Positions 39,137 to 48,768 of a DNA stretch of 64,000 nt are shown here, in pieces. Location: NCBI GenBank assembly GCA_030648955.1, contig JAUSHB010000013.1:76675-140674 (forward strand), written 5' to 3'. Every line of letters begins with the position of its first letter. Positions within the stretch are counted from its first letter, which is position 1. Source of the stretch: a bacterium (GTDB taxonomy: Bacteria; Patescibacteriota; Minisyncoccia; Phycocordibacterales; JAUSHB01). The notes under the pieces are model-generated. The model made no database searches and was not told where the DNA came from. It saw nothing but the letters and a program-made list of their open reading frames with translations. Both the position numbers and the translations under genes were made by a program.

Positions 39137-39542
39137 TGCGGGATGAGCAAGCCGACTGCTTGGCTTGCGTGGAGAATCGAACAGCGGAGTCGTGTTTTTT
39201 CATCAGAAAAAACAGACGAGCTTCCCCTTCGGGGCCACCTTGCATCTTGCCTCGTTGCACTTGGCATAGATGCATGCCTACGGCAACGGATGTATCAGCA
39301 AGCAGTTGCTGATACATCCCAGTCCGAGCCGAGCGACATTGTTTTCTTAAGAGCGACCTAAATTTCTTACGAGTAACACGAGTGTAGAAATTGGAAGTGC
39401 CAAGAGTCCGACCTAAATTTCTTACGAGTAACACGAGTGTAGAAATTGGAAGTGCCAATTGGCCGTAGCGACTTAGAAAACAAGAAGTACTCCTGTGGTG
39501 CGGTAGCGAGGCGAGAGTCGCGGGAGATTCTCCCATCCCGCA
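39137..39542. mobile_element. Non-coding structured element bounded by inverted and direct copies of the tRNA-Gly 3' end
   Basis: Inverted copy at 39137-39182; direct copy gattctcccatcccgca ends at 39542; internal hairpins and a 55-bp tandem repeat. Confidence 0.6.
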
Positions 39543-39679
39543 TTGGCCAACAAAAAAGCTGATCTTTTGGTCAGTTTTTTTGTTTTATGTTAACAAGCAG
39601 AGAAGTAATTATTTGAGCACATGAGTTGGTGGCGGTGCCCAAAATAGGGTTAAGAATTTCCATCTCGCTCTCGCTAGGG

Positions 39680-41812
39680 TTAAAATTTAAGAAGGTCTGT
39701 TTCTGTATGAATTCGAGGCGGGGCATCTTTTTCAGTAAGGGTTGTGGGAATTATAATCGATACGGTTGTGCCCTTGTCTTCCTCTGATTCAATACCAATG
39801 ATTCCTTTGTGGGTCTTAATGATATTATTTGCGATGAAAAGGCCTAACCCCGATCCATCTGTTTGAGCACGAAGTGCTTTTACTGAGCGAAAGAACTTAG
39901 TAATAAGAAGTTTTTGGATGTCATCTTGAGGTATTCCTATGCCATTATCCTTGATTATGATTTTCACGAAATCACCTTCTTTTTTCACGGTAAGCATAAC
40001 GTGTTTATCGGGGGGAGTGTAATTAATCCCATTTTTTATAATATTGGAGAGTGCAAGAGATAGCCGTCCCGCGTCAAAATAAAAGAGGGGGATAGGAGTT
40101 GAGGGAAGATCAAGATCAAGAGCCACCTTCTTCCAGTGCGCGATAGTTTTCATACTTGCAACGACATCAGTAACGGTGTTTATTATATCTCCCTGTTTAA
40201 ATTCGTATCCAAATCGACCATCCTCAATGTAAACAACATTAAGAAGGTCGTTAATAAGACTAATCATGCGCTCATTCGCCTGGTACCCCTCCTTGAGAGA
40301 ATCTAATTGATCTTTGTTGAAGATCTCTCGCTCCGTTTCAAGTGCCATATTAAAAGCCCATTTTATGGCAGAGAGGGGGGTACGCAATTGATGTGCGACA
40401 ATAGTAATAAAATCACTTTTATTTTTATCAATAAGTTTTTCACGTGTTACATCACGAATAATCTTAACGAATTGCTTGCGTTCTCCCGACCAATTTTGTT
40501 CTTCTGAAGCTACGGTAAACGTAATAATCTGGAGACTTCTCGGCGAAGGATGTCGTATGGTAATCTCGGTCATAAGGTCTGCTGACGTAGAAGATGGATC
40601 GCGCTGGGGGTCTTTTTCTGCATAATTAAGGTGAATAACTTCAGCAAGTGACGAAAGTTCTTTATCGGTCACATCTTCGCCTGTTATTTTTTTCCCCACA
40701 ACATTGTTGCGATTAAACCCCAAAAGTTCTTCAGCGGCTCTATTAACACGAAGAACAGAAAAGTTGTTGTCATATTCAATAAGTCCCAGTACTAAGTTTT
40801 CAATAATCGCATCAGTGTGTAGTTTTGCACGGCTTAACTCCCCTGTGCGCTCTAACACAATTGCTTCAAGATTTTGATTGAGATTCTTAAGTGCAATATT
40901 TGCTTTCGCCAATTCTTCTCTTTGTCCTACCTCGCGAAGTGTTCCACGTATGAGAAAGATTCCCAAAATAATGACACACAAGAGGAGCGCGGAGTTTAAA
41001 ATTCGTTGCTCTGTTGTTTCGGAAAAAACAATAAGAAGGAATAAAAATCCCCAAATGCTAAATGTGAGGATTTCGGTAGCAATCACGCGAATATTAAAAA
41101 GATGATGTTTTACAATTGCGTAAAAGAAACCTATGCCAAAAATTGGAGCTGCGAGTGACGCAATGGCTGGAGAGCCGTTTACTCCATACCATGTCATAAA
41201 TCGTGATCCACCAGCCAAAAGGCCGATAACGATACTGATGAGCATCCACGTTATTTGATTTTTAACAAAAGGCATTTTAGCGGTGCGTGACATCCAAAGA
41301 ACAAAACCAGTATAAAGAGTTCCGGCAAAGAAATACAAATAAAGGAAGTGGAAAAATTTCCCAGGCACAGGCTCAAGTATTCCGTCCGAAACAACAACAA
41401 CCCCTTTCACTATAAAACCTGAAAATTTAAAAAGATCTGAAATGAGAAGTGTAATGATAATTCCTGCAACAAAGAAAGAAACAGTAAGCCCCGTTCTGTG
41501 GGCGCGCCTAACGATTCCCATATTTTCTTCATAAAAACGAACTGAAAAATTATTTACACTGGCAGTAAGGACTGCAATAAAAATCACAGAAATAACCCTA
41601 AGAACACGGGCAAGCTCCAATTTTTCCGGGGATGTTATTTCAAAAAAAAATCCAAAGAGTCCCCAAATCGCAATAGCTAATAGTGCAAAAACGAATGATC
41701 GCGCCGACTTATTTTTGTTTGCTGCAGTGAAAAGAAAAAGACACAACAGCCCCGAAATAAAAAAAGCAAAACCGGAGGCAAACGTCTGAATAAGTCTTGG
41801 GTCGCTAAACAT
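39680..41812 (-). CDS. Multi-TM (7TM-type) PAS histidine kinase
   Basis: N-terminal TMs ending YAIVKHHLFNIR; AHQLRTPL; DNGIG; GSGLGL. Confidence 0.92.
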   Translation of the reverse strand: MFSDPRLIQTFASGFAFFISGLLCLFLFTAANKNKSARSFVFALLAIAIWGLFGFFFEITSPEKLELARVLRVISVIFIAVLTASVNNFSVRFYEENMGIVRRAHRTGLTVSFFVAGIIITLLISDLFKFSGFIVKGVVVVSDGILEPVPGKFFHFLYLYFFAGTLYTGFVLWMSRTAKMPFVKNQITWMLISIVIGLLAGGSRFMTWYGVNGSPAIASLAAPIFGIGFFYAIVKHHLFNIRVIATEILTFSIWGFLFLLIVFSETTEQRILNSALLLCVIILGIFLIRGTLREVGQREELAKANIALKNLNQNLEAIVLERTGELSRAKLHTDAIIENLVLGLIEYDNNFSVLRVNRAAEELLGFNRNNVVGKKITGEDVTDKELSSLAEVIHLNYAEKDPQRDPSSTSADLMTEITIRHPSPRSLQIITFTVASEEQNWSGERKQFVKIIRDVTREKLIDKNKSDFITIVAHQLRTPLSAIKWAFNMALETEREIFNKDQLDSLKEGYQANERMISLINDLLNVVYIEDGRFGYEFKQGDIINTVTDVVASMKTIAHWKKVALDLDLPSTPIPLFYFDAGRLSLALSNIIKNGINYTPPDKHVMLTVKKEGDFVKIIIKDNGIGIPQDDIQKLLITKFFRSVKALRAQTDGSGLGLFIANNIIKTHKGIIGIESEEDKGTTVSIIIPTTLTEKDAPPRIHTETDLLKF

Positions 41813-41864
41813 ATATACAGTATACCCCGTGAGAACCAAAAATTAAATATTTTCCTGAATATTG

Positions 41865-41904
41865 CCCACAAAAAACCACGCATTACTGCGTGGTTTTTTG
41901 TGGG
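41865..41904 (-). terminator. Terminator after HU
   Basis: cccacaaaaaaccacgca-ttac-tgcgtggttttttgtggg. Confidence 0.7.
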
Positions 41905-41924
41905 CAACCTAACGCAAGTAGAGG

Positions 41925-42197
41925 TTACTTCACCGCCTCTTTAAGTGCTTTTGCTGCGCGGAACTTAGGAACCTTCATGGTCGGTACTTGTATAGCTTCT
42001 CCTGTCTTTGGATTGCGTGCGGTTCGTGCTGCGCGTTGTTTTACTGAAAAAATACCCAATCCTGCAATTGAAACCTCCTGTCCTTTCTTCATGGTGTTTA
42101 CAATGGAACCAATGACTGTATCCACCACCTCTTCTGCGGCAACCTTTGTGCCACCGAGTTTTTCGTGTACTGCGTCTACTATCGCTTGTTTATTCAT
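41925..42197 (-). CDS. hup: HU DNA-binding protein
   Basis: MNKQ...GLGIFSVKQRAARTARNPKTGE...PKFRAAKALKEAV. Confidence 0.97.
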   Translation of the reverse strand: MNKQAIVDAVHEKLGGTKVAAEEVVDTVIGSIVNTMKKGQEVSIAGLGIFSVKQRAARTARNPKTGEAIQVPTMKVPKFRAAKALKEAVK

Positions 42198-42414
42198 AAT
42201 AGTTGTTTGTTATTGTTGATAAAAATATTAAACGTTTACTTTTCTTCCCAAACACGTGCGTGTTATGTACATGAATCGACCTTTATTAACGACCCACCTC
42301 GCACCCTTGTTGGGGAGAGAGAAGTCTTTGGTGTTCAGTAATCATTATATAGGAAGCCCTTTTTTGTGCAATGTGGGTGTGTCAACCGTCGAATACGAAG
42401 GAAATAAAGATATA

Positions 42415-43944
42415 TTATCGTGCATATTCAATCGCACGCATCTCTCGTATGACGTTGACCTTGATTTCTCCGGGGTATTTGAGCTCATTTTCAACTCGCG
42501 TTGCTATATCTGCGGCAAGTTTTCTCGCCTCAAGGTCGCCTACTTTGTCTGGCGTTACAAATATCCTTATTTCTCGGCCTGCCTGAAGCGCAAAGCATTT
42601 TTCGACTCCTGGAAAGGAGTTCGCAATTGCTTCAAGATCATGAAGTCGTTTGAGATAGTTCTCAACACTGTCGCGCCTTGCTCCTGGTCTTCCTCCGGAA
42701 ATAGCATCTGCTGTTTGTACAATAATAGATTCAAGGGTCTCATACGGATATTCTTCATGGTGTGACTGCATCGCTTGAATGATGCGATTATCAGCGCCGA
42801 ATTTCTGAAGAATCCTTCTTCCAATCTCAACGTGTGTTCCCTGGACTTCGTGATCAACCGCCTTACCAAGATCATGAAGAAGCGCTCCCGCACGAGCGAC
42901 AGCGGGGTCAGCGCCCAGTTCTTCCGCGAGCATTCCGGAGATATGAGCCATTTCGATCGAATGCTGAAGAACGTTTTGTCCGTAGCTTGTTCTAAAATAC
43001 AGTCTACCCAAGATTGAAATAATGCGTGGGTCAAGATTGAATACCCCGCACTCATACGCGGCTTGCTCACCTTTTTCTTTAATGATTTTGTTAATGGTTT
43101 CTTTTGATTTTTCCACCGCCTCCTCGATTTTTGCTGGCTGGATCCTTCCATCGAGGATTAAATTTTCAAGAGCCACGCGTGCGATTTGTCGGCGCACCGG
43201 ATCAAATGAGGAAATGACGATTGATCCCGGCGTGTCGTCGATAATAACCTCAACTCCCGCGGCACGTTCAAAAACCTTTATATTTCTTCCTTCTTTTCCG
43301 ATAATTTTACCCTTTAAGTCGTCAGAAGGGATGGAAACCGTTGTCGCCATGATTTCCGATGCTGTTGAAGAAGCCAAGCGTTGTATCGAAGTTGTGAGAA
43401 TATCCTTTGCCTTTCTATCTAATTTTTCAATTCCCTCAAGTTCAAGCTTCCTCATTCGTACAAGAATATCTTCTTCGTATTTCTTTTCTACAGCCTTGAG
43501 TAGTTCTTGCCTGCCCTCTTCCTGTGAAAGTTTTGCAACACGTTCAAGTTCAAGCTCCGAATCTTTCATTCTCTTCTCCATTTTTTCCTTAATTTCCTTA
43601 ATCTCCTCCGCTTTTTTCTTAAGATGCTCTACCTCGTGGTCGATATCAGTTTGTCGGTTGTCGAGAAGCCCTTCTTTCTTCACTAAACGCTCTTCAGTTT
43701 TTTTGTATTGGAACTCCTTTTCTTTTTCTTCCTTTTTTATTTCTTCAAACACTTGCGCTGCTTTCTTGTCTGCTTCCTCGGTTATCTTTTGCGCTTGTTC
43801 CTTAGCGGAGACAAGCATGTTTTTTATTTCAAGCTCCATGGAACCACGCTTGCCCAAAGATACGATCCAGCGGAGGAAATAGCCGAATGCGACACCAGAA
43901 AGACCCGCGACTGCGAGCAGGAGGAAAACTAATTTTAAACTCAT
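42415..43944 (-). CDS. rny: Ribonuclease Y
   Basis: TM, coiled coil, KGKIIGKEGRNI KH, LLHDLGK HD, RPGAR. Confidence 0.97.
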   Translation of the reverse strand: MSLKLVFLLLAVAGLSGVAFGYFLRWIVSLGKRGSMELEIKNMLVSAKEQAQKITEEADKKAAQVFEEIKKEEKEKEFQYKKTEERLVKKEGLLDNRQTDIDHEVEHLKKKAEEIKEIKEKMEKRMKDSELELERVAKLSQEEGRQELLKAVEKKYEEDILVRMRKLELEGIEKLDRKAKDILTTSIQRLASSTASEIMATTVSIPSDDLKGKIIGKEGRNIKVFERAAGVEVIIDDTPGSIVISSFDPVRRQIARVALENLILDGRIQPAKIEEAVEKSKETINKIIKEKGEQAAYECGVFNLDPRIISILGRLYFRTSYGQNVLQHSIEMAHISGMLAEELGADPAVARAGALLHDLGKAVDHEVQGTHVEIGRRILQKFGADNRIIQAMQSHHEEYPYETLESIIVQTADAISGGRPGARRDSVENYLKRLHDLEAIANSFPGVEKCFALQAGREIRIFVTPDKVGDLEARKLAADIATRVENELKYPGEIKVNVIREMRAIEYAR

Positions 43945-44383
43945 AATAGGGCGATTAACTCGCACCTTGTGGTGTTGTGGCGTGTTGAAAAAATTCTTCC
44001 TTAGAAAGTATATTCGAGATTGGGCTTAAAACACAAGAAAACAACATTAAAGAATTTACATGCGACAGATCTGATGTTCAGATACAGACAAGAATTTGCA
44101 ACCGATCCACACAAGGCAGAGCCAACAAATTAAATGATTAATATGCTACAAAAATTTTAAAAATACTACATTTCGATAGTACCAGATTATTCACACGATG
44201 TCCACAGGCGTGTCATTCAGCGTGCCTGCCCTGCCTACCGGCAGGCAGGCGGTAGGCAGGGACTATACGCGGACCAGCGCGGAATAAGGAAAATCCCCCA
44301 GAAAGGTGGGCCGAATTCTGGCAAAGTCAGAATTCGGACGGAAAGAAGCTTTTGAATCTTAAGAAGCTACTGAAGCTCAATTA

Positions 44384-44971
44384 CTACCTTGGGTTCTTCG
44401 GTTTATAGATATCATCAACAATCCCGTATTTCTTAGCTTCTTCGGCAGACATATAAAAATCTCGTTCAGTGTCTTTTTCAACTTGTGCAAGGGGTTTGCC
44501 GGTGTTTTTTGCAAGGATTTTATTGAGATTTTCTCGAGTTTTCAAAATATGCTTTGCGGTAATAGCAATATCTGTTGCTTGGCCTTCAATCCCACCCCAT
44601 GGCTGATGGATCATCACTTCTGCATTGGGGAGGATAAATCGTTTTCCTTTTGATCCCGCGGAGAGAAGTACCGCCGCCGCAGAAGCTGCAATGCCGACGC
44701 AAATCGTTGCGACATCGGGCTTGATGTGCTGCATGGTGTCATACATTGCCATCGCGGCAGTTACTGATCCGCCAGGGGAGTTGATATAAATGCCGATGTC
44801 TTTTTTGGGATCCTCTGATTCAAGAAACAAGAGCTGTGCAATAACAATATTAGCAGTATGGTCATCAATTGATCCTCCCAAAAAGATGATACGCTCACGT
44901 AAAAGACGCGAATAGATATCGTATGCGCGCTCGCCAAACTGGGATTTTTCTATAACGGTTGGTATTAACAT
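44384..44971 (-). CDS. clpP: ClpP protease
   Basis: [26 protein letters not shown]. Confidence 0.98.
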   Translation of the reverse strand: MLIPTVIEKSQFGERAYDIYSRLLRERIIFLGGSIDDHTANIVIAQLLFLESEDPKKDIGIYINSPGGSVTAAMAMYDTMQHIKPDVATICVGIAASAAAVLLSAGSKGKRFILPNAEVMIHQPWGGIEGQATDIAITAKHILKTRENLNKILAKNTGKPLAQVEKDTERDFYMSAEEAKKYGIVDDIYKPKNPR

Positions 44972-45166
44972 AGTAGGGATAGTATAAAGTATCAGGTATA
45001 AAGTATCAAGTATAAATCGTGTAGCGTTATTGTCCGACCGGTATATTTCTGGTAAAAACCACTAAGCGATTACATTTCGGTAGGGAATTTACTCCTACAA
45101 GGGGTTGACAAAAATATTAAAAAGTGCTATTTTATAAAGCGGAATAAACTTGATAAGGAGTGAATA

Positions 45167-45559
45167 ATGACGCACTATCTGGCATTAGGTGTTTTTGCAC
45201 TTTTGTGTGCCCTTTTTGCTGCATGGGTATCACAAAAAAAGGAATCTGTTGTCTGGGCAGCGAGTGCTTTTCTTCTGGTTAGTTTAGGTACGGCATGTGT
45301 CTATTTTTGGGCAATAGATAGTCCTAATAAGCCTACTTTTACTCAGACTAACGAGGGTAAAAACAAGGTGTATGTTTCTAATGATGGTATTACAAGCACG
45401 CTCGGATGTGAGAAAACAAGCATTATGATCGTGCACATTCTCGATGGCAGGGAATATACGCATCAACTTGAATGTCTTTCGTCCGAGATCTATACATCAT
45501 TAAAAACGGAAGCGGGACAAACACTGTATGTTCCCGAATGGTACGTTCCCTCAAAATAA
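45167..45559 (+). CDS. Two-TM hypothetical protein inserted between tig and clpP
   Basis: AAGGAG RBS and upstream TTGACA promoter; two hydrophobic helices. Confidence 0.65.
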   Translation: MTHYLALGVFALLCALFAAWVSQKKESVVWAASAFLLVSLGTACVYFWAIDSPNKPTFTQTNEGKNKVYVSNDGITSTLGCEKTSIMIVHILDGREYTHQLECLSSEIYTSLKTEAGQTLYVPEWYVPSK

Positions 45560-45742
45560 CTTCGACCTTAATTTCAAATTTCCCCACAGCGCGCAGATTA
45601 CTCTGCGCGCTTTCTATTTTTATCAACGCAATATATCAGATCACTTCTTATCATATGATGTATCGTATGATAAGGTCACACGATATCTGCTTATTTACAT
45701 AGGTTTAACCTATGTAATAACCTATGTAAATTACGCATATGT

Positions 45743-46756
45743 TTACTGTGACACCCGTTGATTTTCTAAAAATTGCAAAACTTTTTCATTAGTAATGATG
45801 TTGGTCACATACGCTCGTGCACGAACAGGATCCGCGTCTTTATGGTGCTTCAGGATATGCGCAATTTCTTTTTCTATTTCGTCGGTCGACGGGACAATCT
45901 TTTCTTGAGAGGCAATGTTGTGTAATATAAATTCTATTTTTGAACGTTTTTCCGCATCCGGAGCAAATTCTTTTCTCATATCTTCTTCGGTTTTCCCTGC
46001 TTGTTTGAGGTATTCTTCGAATCGTGCTTCCATCCGGGCTACATCTCCCTTAAATTGCTCCATCATTTTATTAAGTTCTTCTTCGACGACGATTTTTGGT
46101 ACGGTGATTTCTGTCTCTACAAGAATGCGGTCGATAATTTTCATCCGTTTTTTACTTCGCGCACGATCCGTTTTTTCACGCACAAGGTGATCTTTAAGTT
46201 TTATTTTAAAATCAGTAACGTTTTCATACGAACCGAGTTTTTTTACAAACCCATCATCAAATATTGGCAACTCTCCGCCACTCTTTGATTGCTGCGCGGT
46301 TTGTTTTCTGATGTTTTCAATCGCTTCAGAAACCTCTTTCTCGCTTACTTCAACAACTTCTTCTTTTTCTGCCGCAATTTCCACCGCTATTTTTTTATAA
46401 TCAGGAAGTTTTACTTCGGGTACAACCGCAACGGTGATTACAAATCCCAATGGACTTCCTTTGGCAATTTTAGTGATGCGTATATCTGGTCTCCCCAATG
46501 GGTCGATGTTGTGTTCAGCAAGAAGCGCGGGATATGATTCTCCAAGAGCAAGCTCCGCCATCTCGTAAAGAATTTTTTCTTCGCCGAGCTTTTGGACGAT
46601 AATATTTTCAGGAACTTTTCCCTTCCTAAACCCAGGAATCTCAAGATTTTCTGAGATGTTTTTAATGGCTTTTGGGCGAAATATTTCAAATTGTTCCACG
46701 GGAATCTCGCCAGTAATGGAAACTTCGCTCCGCTCAAGTTTTTTTAGTTCTGACAT
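45743..46756 (-). CDS. tig: Trigger factor lacking the PPIase domain
   Basis: IPGFRKGKVP ribosome-binding motif; VPEVKLPDYK; directly followed by ELPIFDDGF and the C domain. Confidence 0.92.
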   Translation of the reverse strand: MSELKKLERSEVSITGEIPVEQFEIFRPKAIKNISENLEIPGFRKGKVPENIIVQKLGEEKILYEMAELALGESYPALLAEHNIDPLGRPDIRITKIAKGSPLGFVITVAVVPEVKLPDYKKIAVEIAAEKEEVVEVSEKEVSEAIENIRKQTAQQSKSGGELPIFDDGFVKKLGSYENVTDFKIKLKDHLVREKTDRARSKKRMKIIDRILVETEITVPKIVVEEELNKMMEQFKGDVARMEARFEEYLKQAGKTEEDMRKEFAPDAEKRSKIEFILHNIASQEKIVPSTDEIEKEIAHILKHHKDADPVRARAYVTNIITNEKVLQFLENQRVSQ

Positions 46757-46789
46757 GAGCGATAGTTTAACGCACCAGCTCTTTACTTG

Positions 46790-46829
46790 CAAGAACCCCC
46801 GCCTTCTTGCAAGAAGGCGGGGGTTCTTG
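46790..46829. terminator. Perfect 40-bp palindrome, probable terminator
   Basis: caagaacccccgccttcttg|caagaaggcgggggttcttg. Confidence 0.6.
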
Positions 46830-46855
46830 AGCGCCACGTATTTTTTGTGTAACAA

Positions 46856-47185
46856 TTAAAGCTGCGCGTCGATATTGTTCATTCCCGCATCAAGGTTATC
46901 GAAATTGGTTGCATCAAGATCTTTTTCAATGTCTGAAACTTCATTGGATGTTCCTTGAGTAAGAAGTGCGGCTGTTTCCTGATCCGGTGCCACAGTTTGC
47001 CCAAGAGAAGGCGCTTCTGTTGTGGTTGGTGCAGTGAATTCACTGCTTTGTATTATCCAGAAATAAATACCCCCAATAACAATAACCGCGATTACGATAA
47101 TCGAGCCAATGAGCGCACCTATCGATTTTTCCTCTTGAGGCGTTCCCGCAGGAGTCCCCGTTGGGTTTTGTTGTGTTGGTTCCAC
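46856..47185 (-). CDS. Small single-TM protein
   Basis: GALIGSIIVIAVIVIGGIYFW; QGTSNEVSDIEKDL. Confidence 0.7.
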   Translation of the reverse strand: MEPTQQNPTGTPAGTPQEEKSIGALIGSIIVIAVIVIGGIYFWIIQSSEFTAPTTTEAPSLGQTVAPDQETAALLTQGTSNEVSDIEKDLDATNFDNLDAGMNNIDAQL

Positions 47186-47222
47186 GTTGTGTTTAGTTTA
47201 GGTTTAATAAGGACAAAAATGA

Positions 47223-47882
47223 TTATGGTGTTGTAGTTGTTGCCGTTGTTGTTGCGGTTTTATTTCCCGACTTTCCTTTGAGTGCCACAATGGAATCAAT
47301 GAGAGCTTTATGTGCCCTTTTTGCCGCGTCTCGTACTTGTTCTACGTGGGCACGTACCGCTTCGAACGCTTCTTTGGGTGTTTCTGACTCTATCGCTTCC
47401 TGTGCCGCTGTTTTAGCCATACCAAGATGTGTTTCTGTGTTGGTGATTTCGGTTCTTGCGCTTACAAGAAGTGATCCCGCTTTCGTTGTATTCATCCCTT
47501 TTCCCCTAAGCTTGATGATTCTTTCTTCAATTCGGACTCCAAGTTTTTTAAGGCGTTCAATTGCGGCTTCAATGCGCTGAAACATCATTTCTGCTTGACG
47601 CTTGATGATTTCTTTGCGTTGCGCGGAAAGTTTTTCGATGCGCTCCTGACGGGGTTCTCCCATAGTGCTTGTTCCTCGTTCCATTGCTGTAGGTTTTGGG
47701 TTTCCTGTTATTTTTTGGTGTGCATCACGAGGGGGGAGCGGGAACTTGTTCGATGTTCCCGTTGCGTTACTTGTTGCGGAAGAAGACGCATCCCTGCGTA
47801 AACCCATTTCTGCTGATGCGATATTTGCGCCAATAACGAATATCATCGAGAGGGCAAATATAAATAAAATTGATTTTTGCAT
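47223..47882 (-). CDS. Secreted coiled-coil protein
   Basis: Signal peptide and long amphipathic helices. Confidence 0.7.
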   Translation of the reverse strand: MQKSILFIFALSMIFVIGANIASAEMGLRRDASSSATSNATGTSNKFPLPPRDAHQKITGNPKPTAMERGTSTMGEPRQERIEKLSAQRKEIIKRQAEMMFQRIEAAIERLKKLGVRIEERIIKLRGKGMNTTKAGSLLVSARTEITNTETHLGMAKTAAQEAIESETPKEAFEAVRAHVEQVRDAAKRAHKALIDSIVALKGKSGNKTATTTATTTTP

Positions 47883-48012
47883 AATTACATATGGTTATTA
47901 ATATATGAATAAATGAAAATTACTTATTTTGTATTTGATGTATCATCAGTGGCCTTTCTAAAACAACGCAAAGTATCCCTTTAGTATATAGAACGAAAGA
48001 AGTGGTGACAAC

Positions 48013-48054
48013 TGGAAAAAGAAAGAGGTTGTTAACAACCTCTTTCTTTTTCCA
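48013..48054. terminator. Perfect 42-bp palindrome after ppa
   Basis: tggaaaaagaaagaggttgtt|aacaacctctttctttttcca. Confidence 0.65.
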
Positions 48055-48056
48055 AG

Positions 48057-48590
48057 TTATTTTTGAGGAAATTTTTCCCTATAGAGTATCTGACTTCTTT
48101 CTATGGCTCGTTTTGCGGATTCCTTGTTTTCAAAGCCGGCCACGTGAACTTCTTTTTGTTGAATTTTTTTATAGGTAGAGTAAAAATGCTCCATTTCTTT
48201 TAGAGTATGTTTATTGATATCCGGAAGATCTTCCACGTGGACCCACCGGGGGTCATGAATGGGTACGGCAACTACTTTGTCGTCCAAGTCACCACCATCT
48301 GTCATTTTCATGAGTGCTACCGGTCTCACCTTCACTAAAATACCTGACAAAAGGGGGTGGGTGGTGAGAAGTATGACATCAAGTGCGTCTCCATCATCCC
48401 ACAGTGTCTGGGGTGCGAAACCGTAATCAAATGGAAAATCTTGGGTTGTATGGGCAACTCGGTCAAGTGCTATAAGTCCCGTTTCCTTATCGATTTCATA
48501 TTTATTTTTTGATCCCTTGGGAATTTCAACGATCACATTGAATTCATCAGGAACCTTTTTTCCGATTGGAATATCGTGCCAGAGGTTCAT
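48057..48590 (-). CDS. ppa: Family I inorganic pyrophosphatase
   Basis: EIPKGSKNKYE, YGFAPQTLWDDGDALD, DDKVVAV. Confidence 0.96.
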   Translation of the reverse strand: MNLWHDIPIGKKVPDEFNVIVEIPKGSKNKYEIDKETGLIALDRVAHTTQDFPFDYGFAPQTLWDDGDALDVILLTTHPLLSGILVKVRPVALMKMTDGGDLDDKVVAVPIHDPRWVHVEDLPDINKHTLKEMEHFYSTYKKIQQKEVHVAGFENKESAKRAIERSQILYREKFPQK

Positions 48591-48768
48591 ATTTAATTAC
48601 CAATGCTTATTTTTTAATAACGATAAGATACAAAGTAGTGTAACATATACCGTGAAATACTCGATATCAAAAATTAAATATCAAAATGTAAATTTGGTGA
48701 ATTCGCCTATGGTGAATACAAAAATTTTAAACTTTGATATTTAAATTTTTAATTTACTTAAAATCTAC

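Noticed and set aside
39354-39458. Possible CRISPR array
   Set aside because: Only two 50-bp units separated by 5 bp, with no unique spacers and no cas genes.
39126-39536. 136-aa and 72-aa ORFs
   Set aside because: They lie wholly over palindromic, tRNA-derived repeats, so they are likely spurious.
40436-40451. parS-like TTTTTCACGTGTTACA
   Set aside because: Explained by the common PAS-linker peptide RDVTRE, and it is isolated.
46757-46855. N-terminal extension of trigger factor
   Set aside because: It translates a perfect palindrome (same peptide on both strands); the true start is likely 46756.
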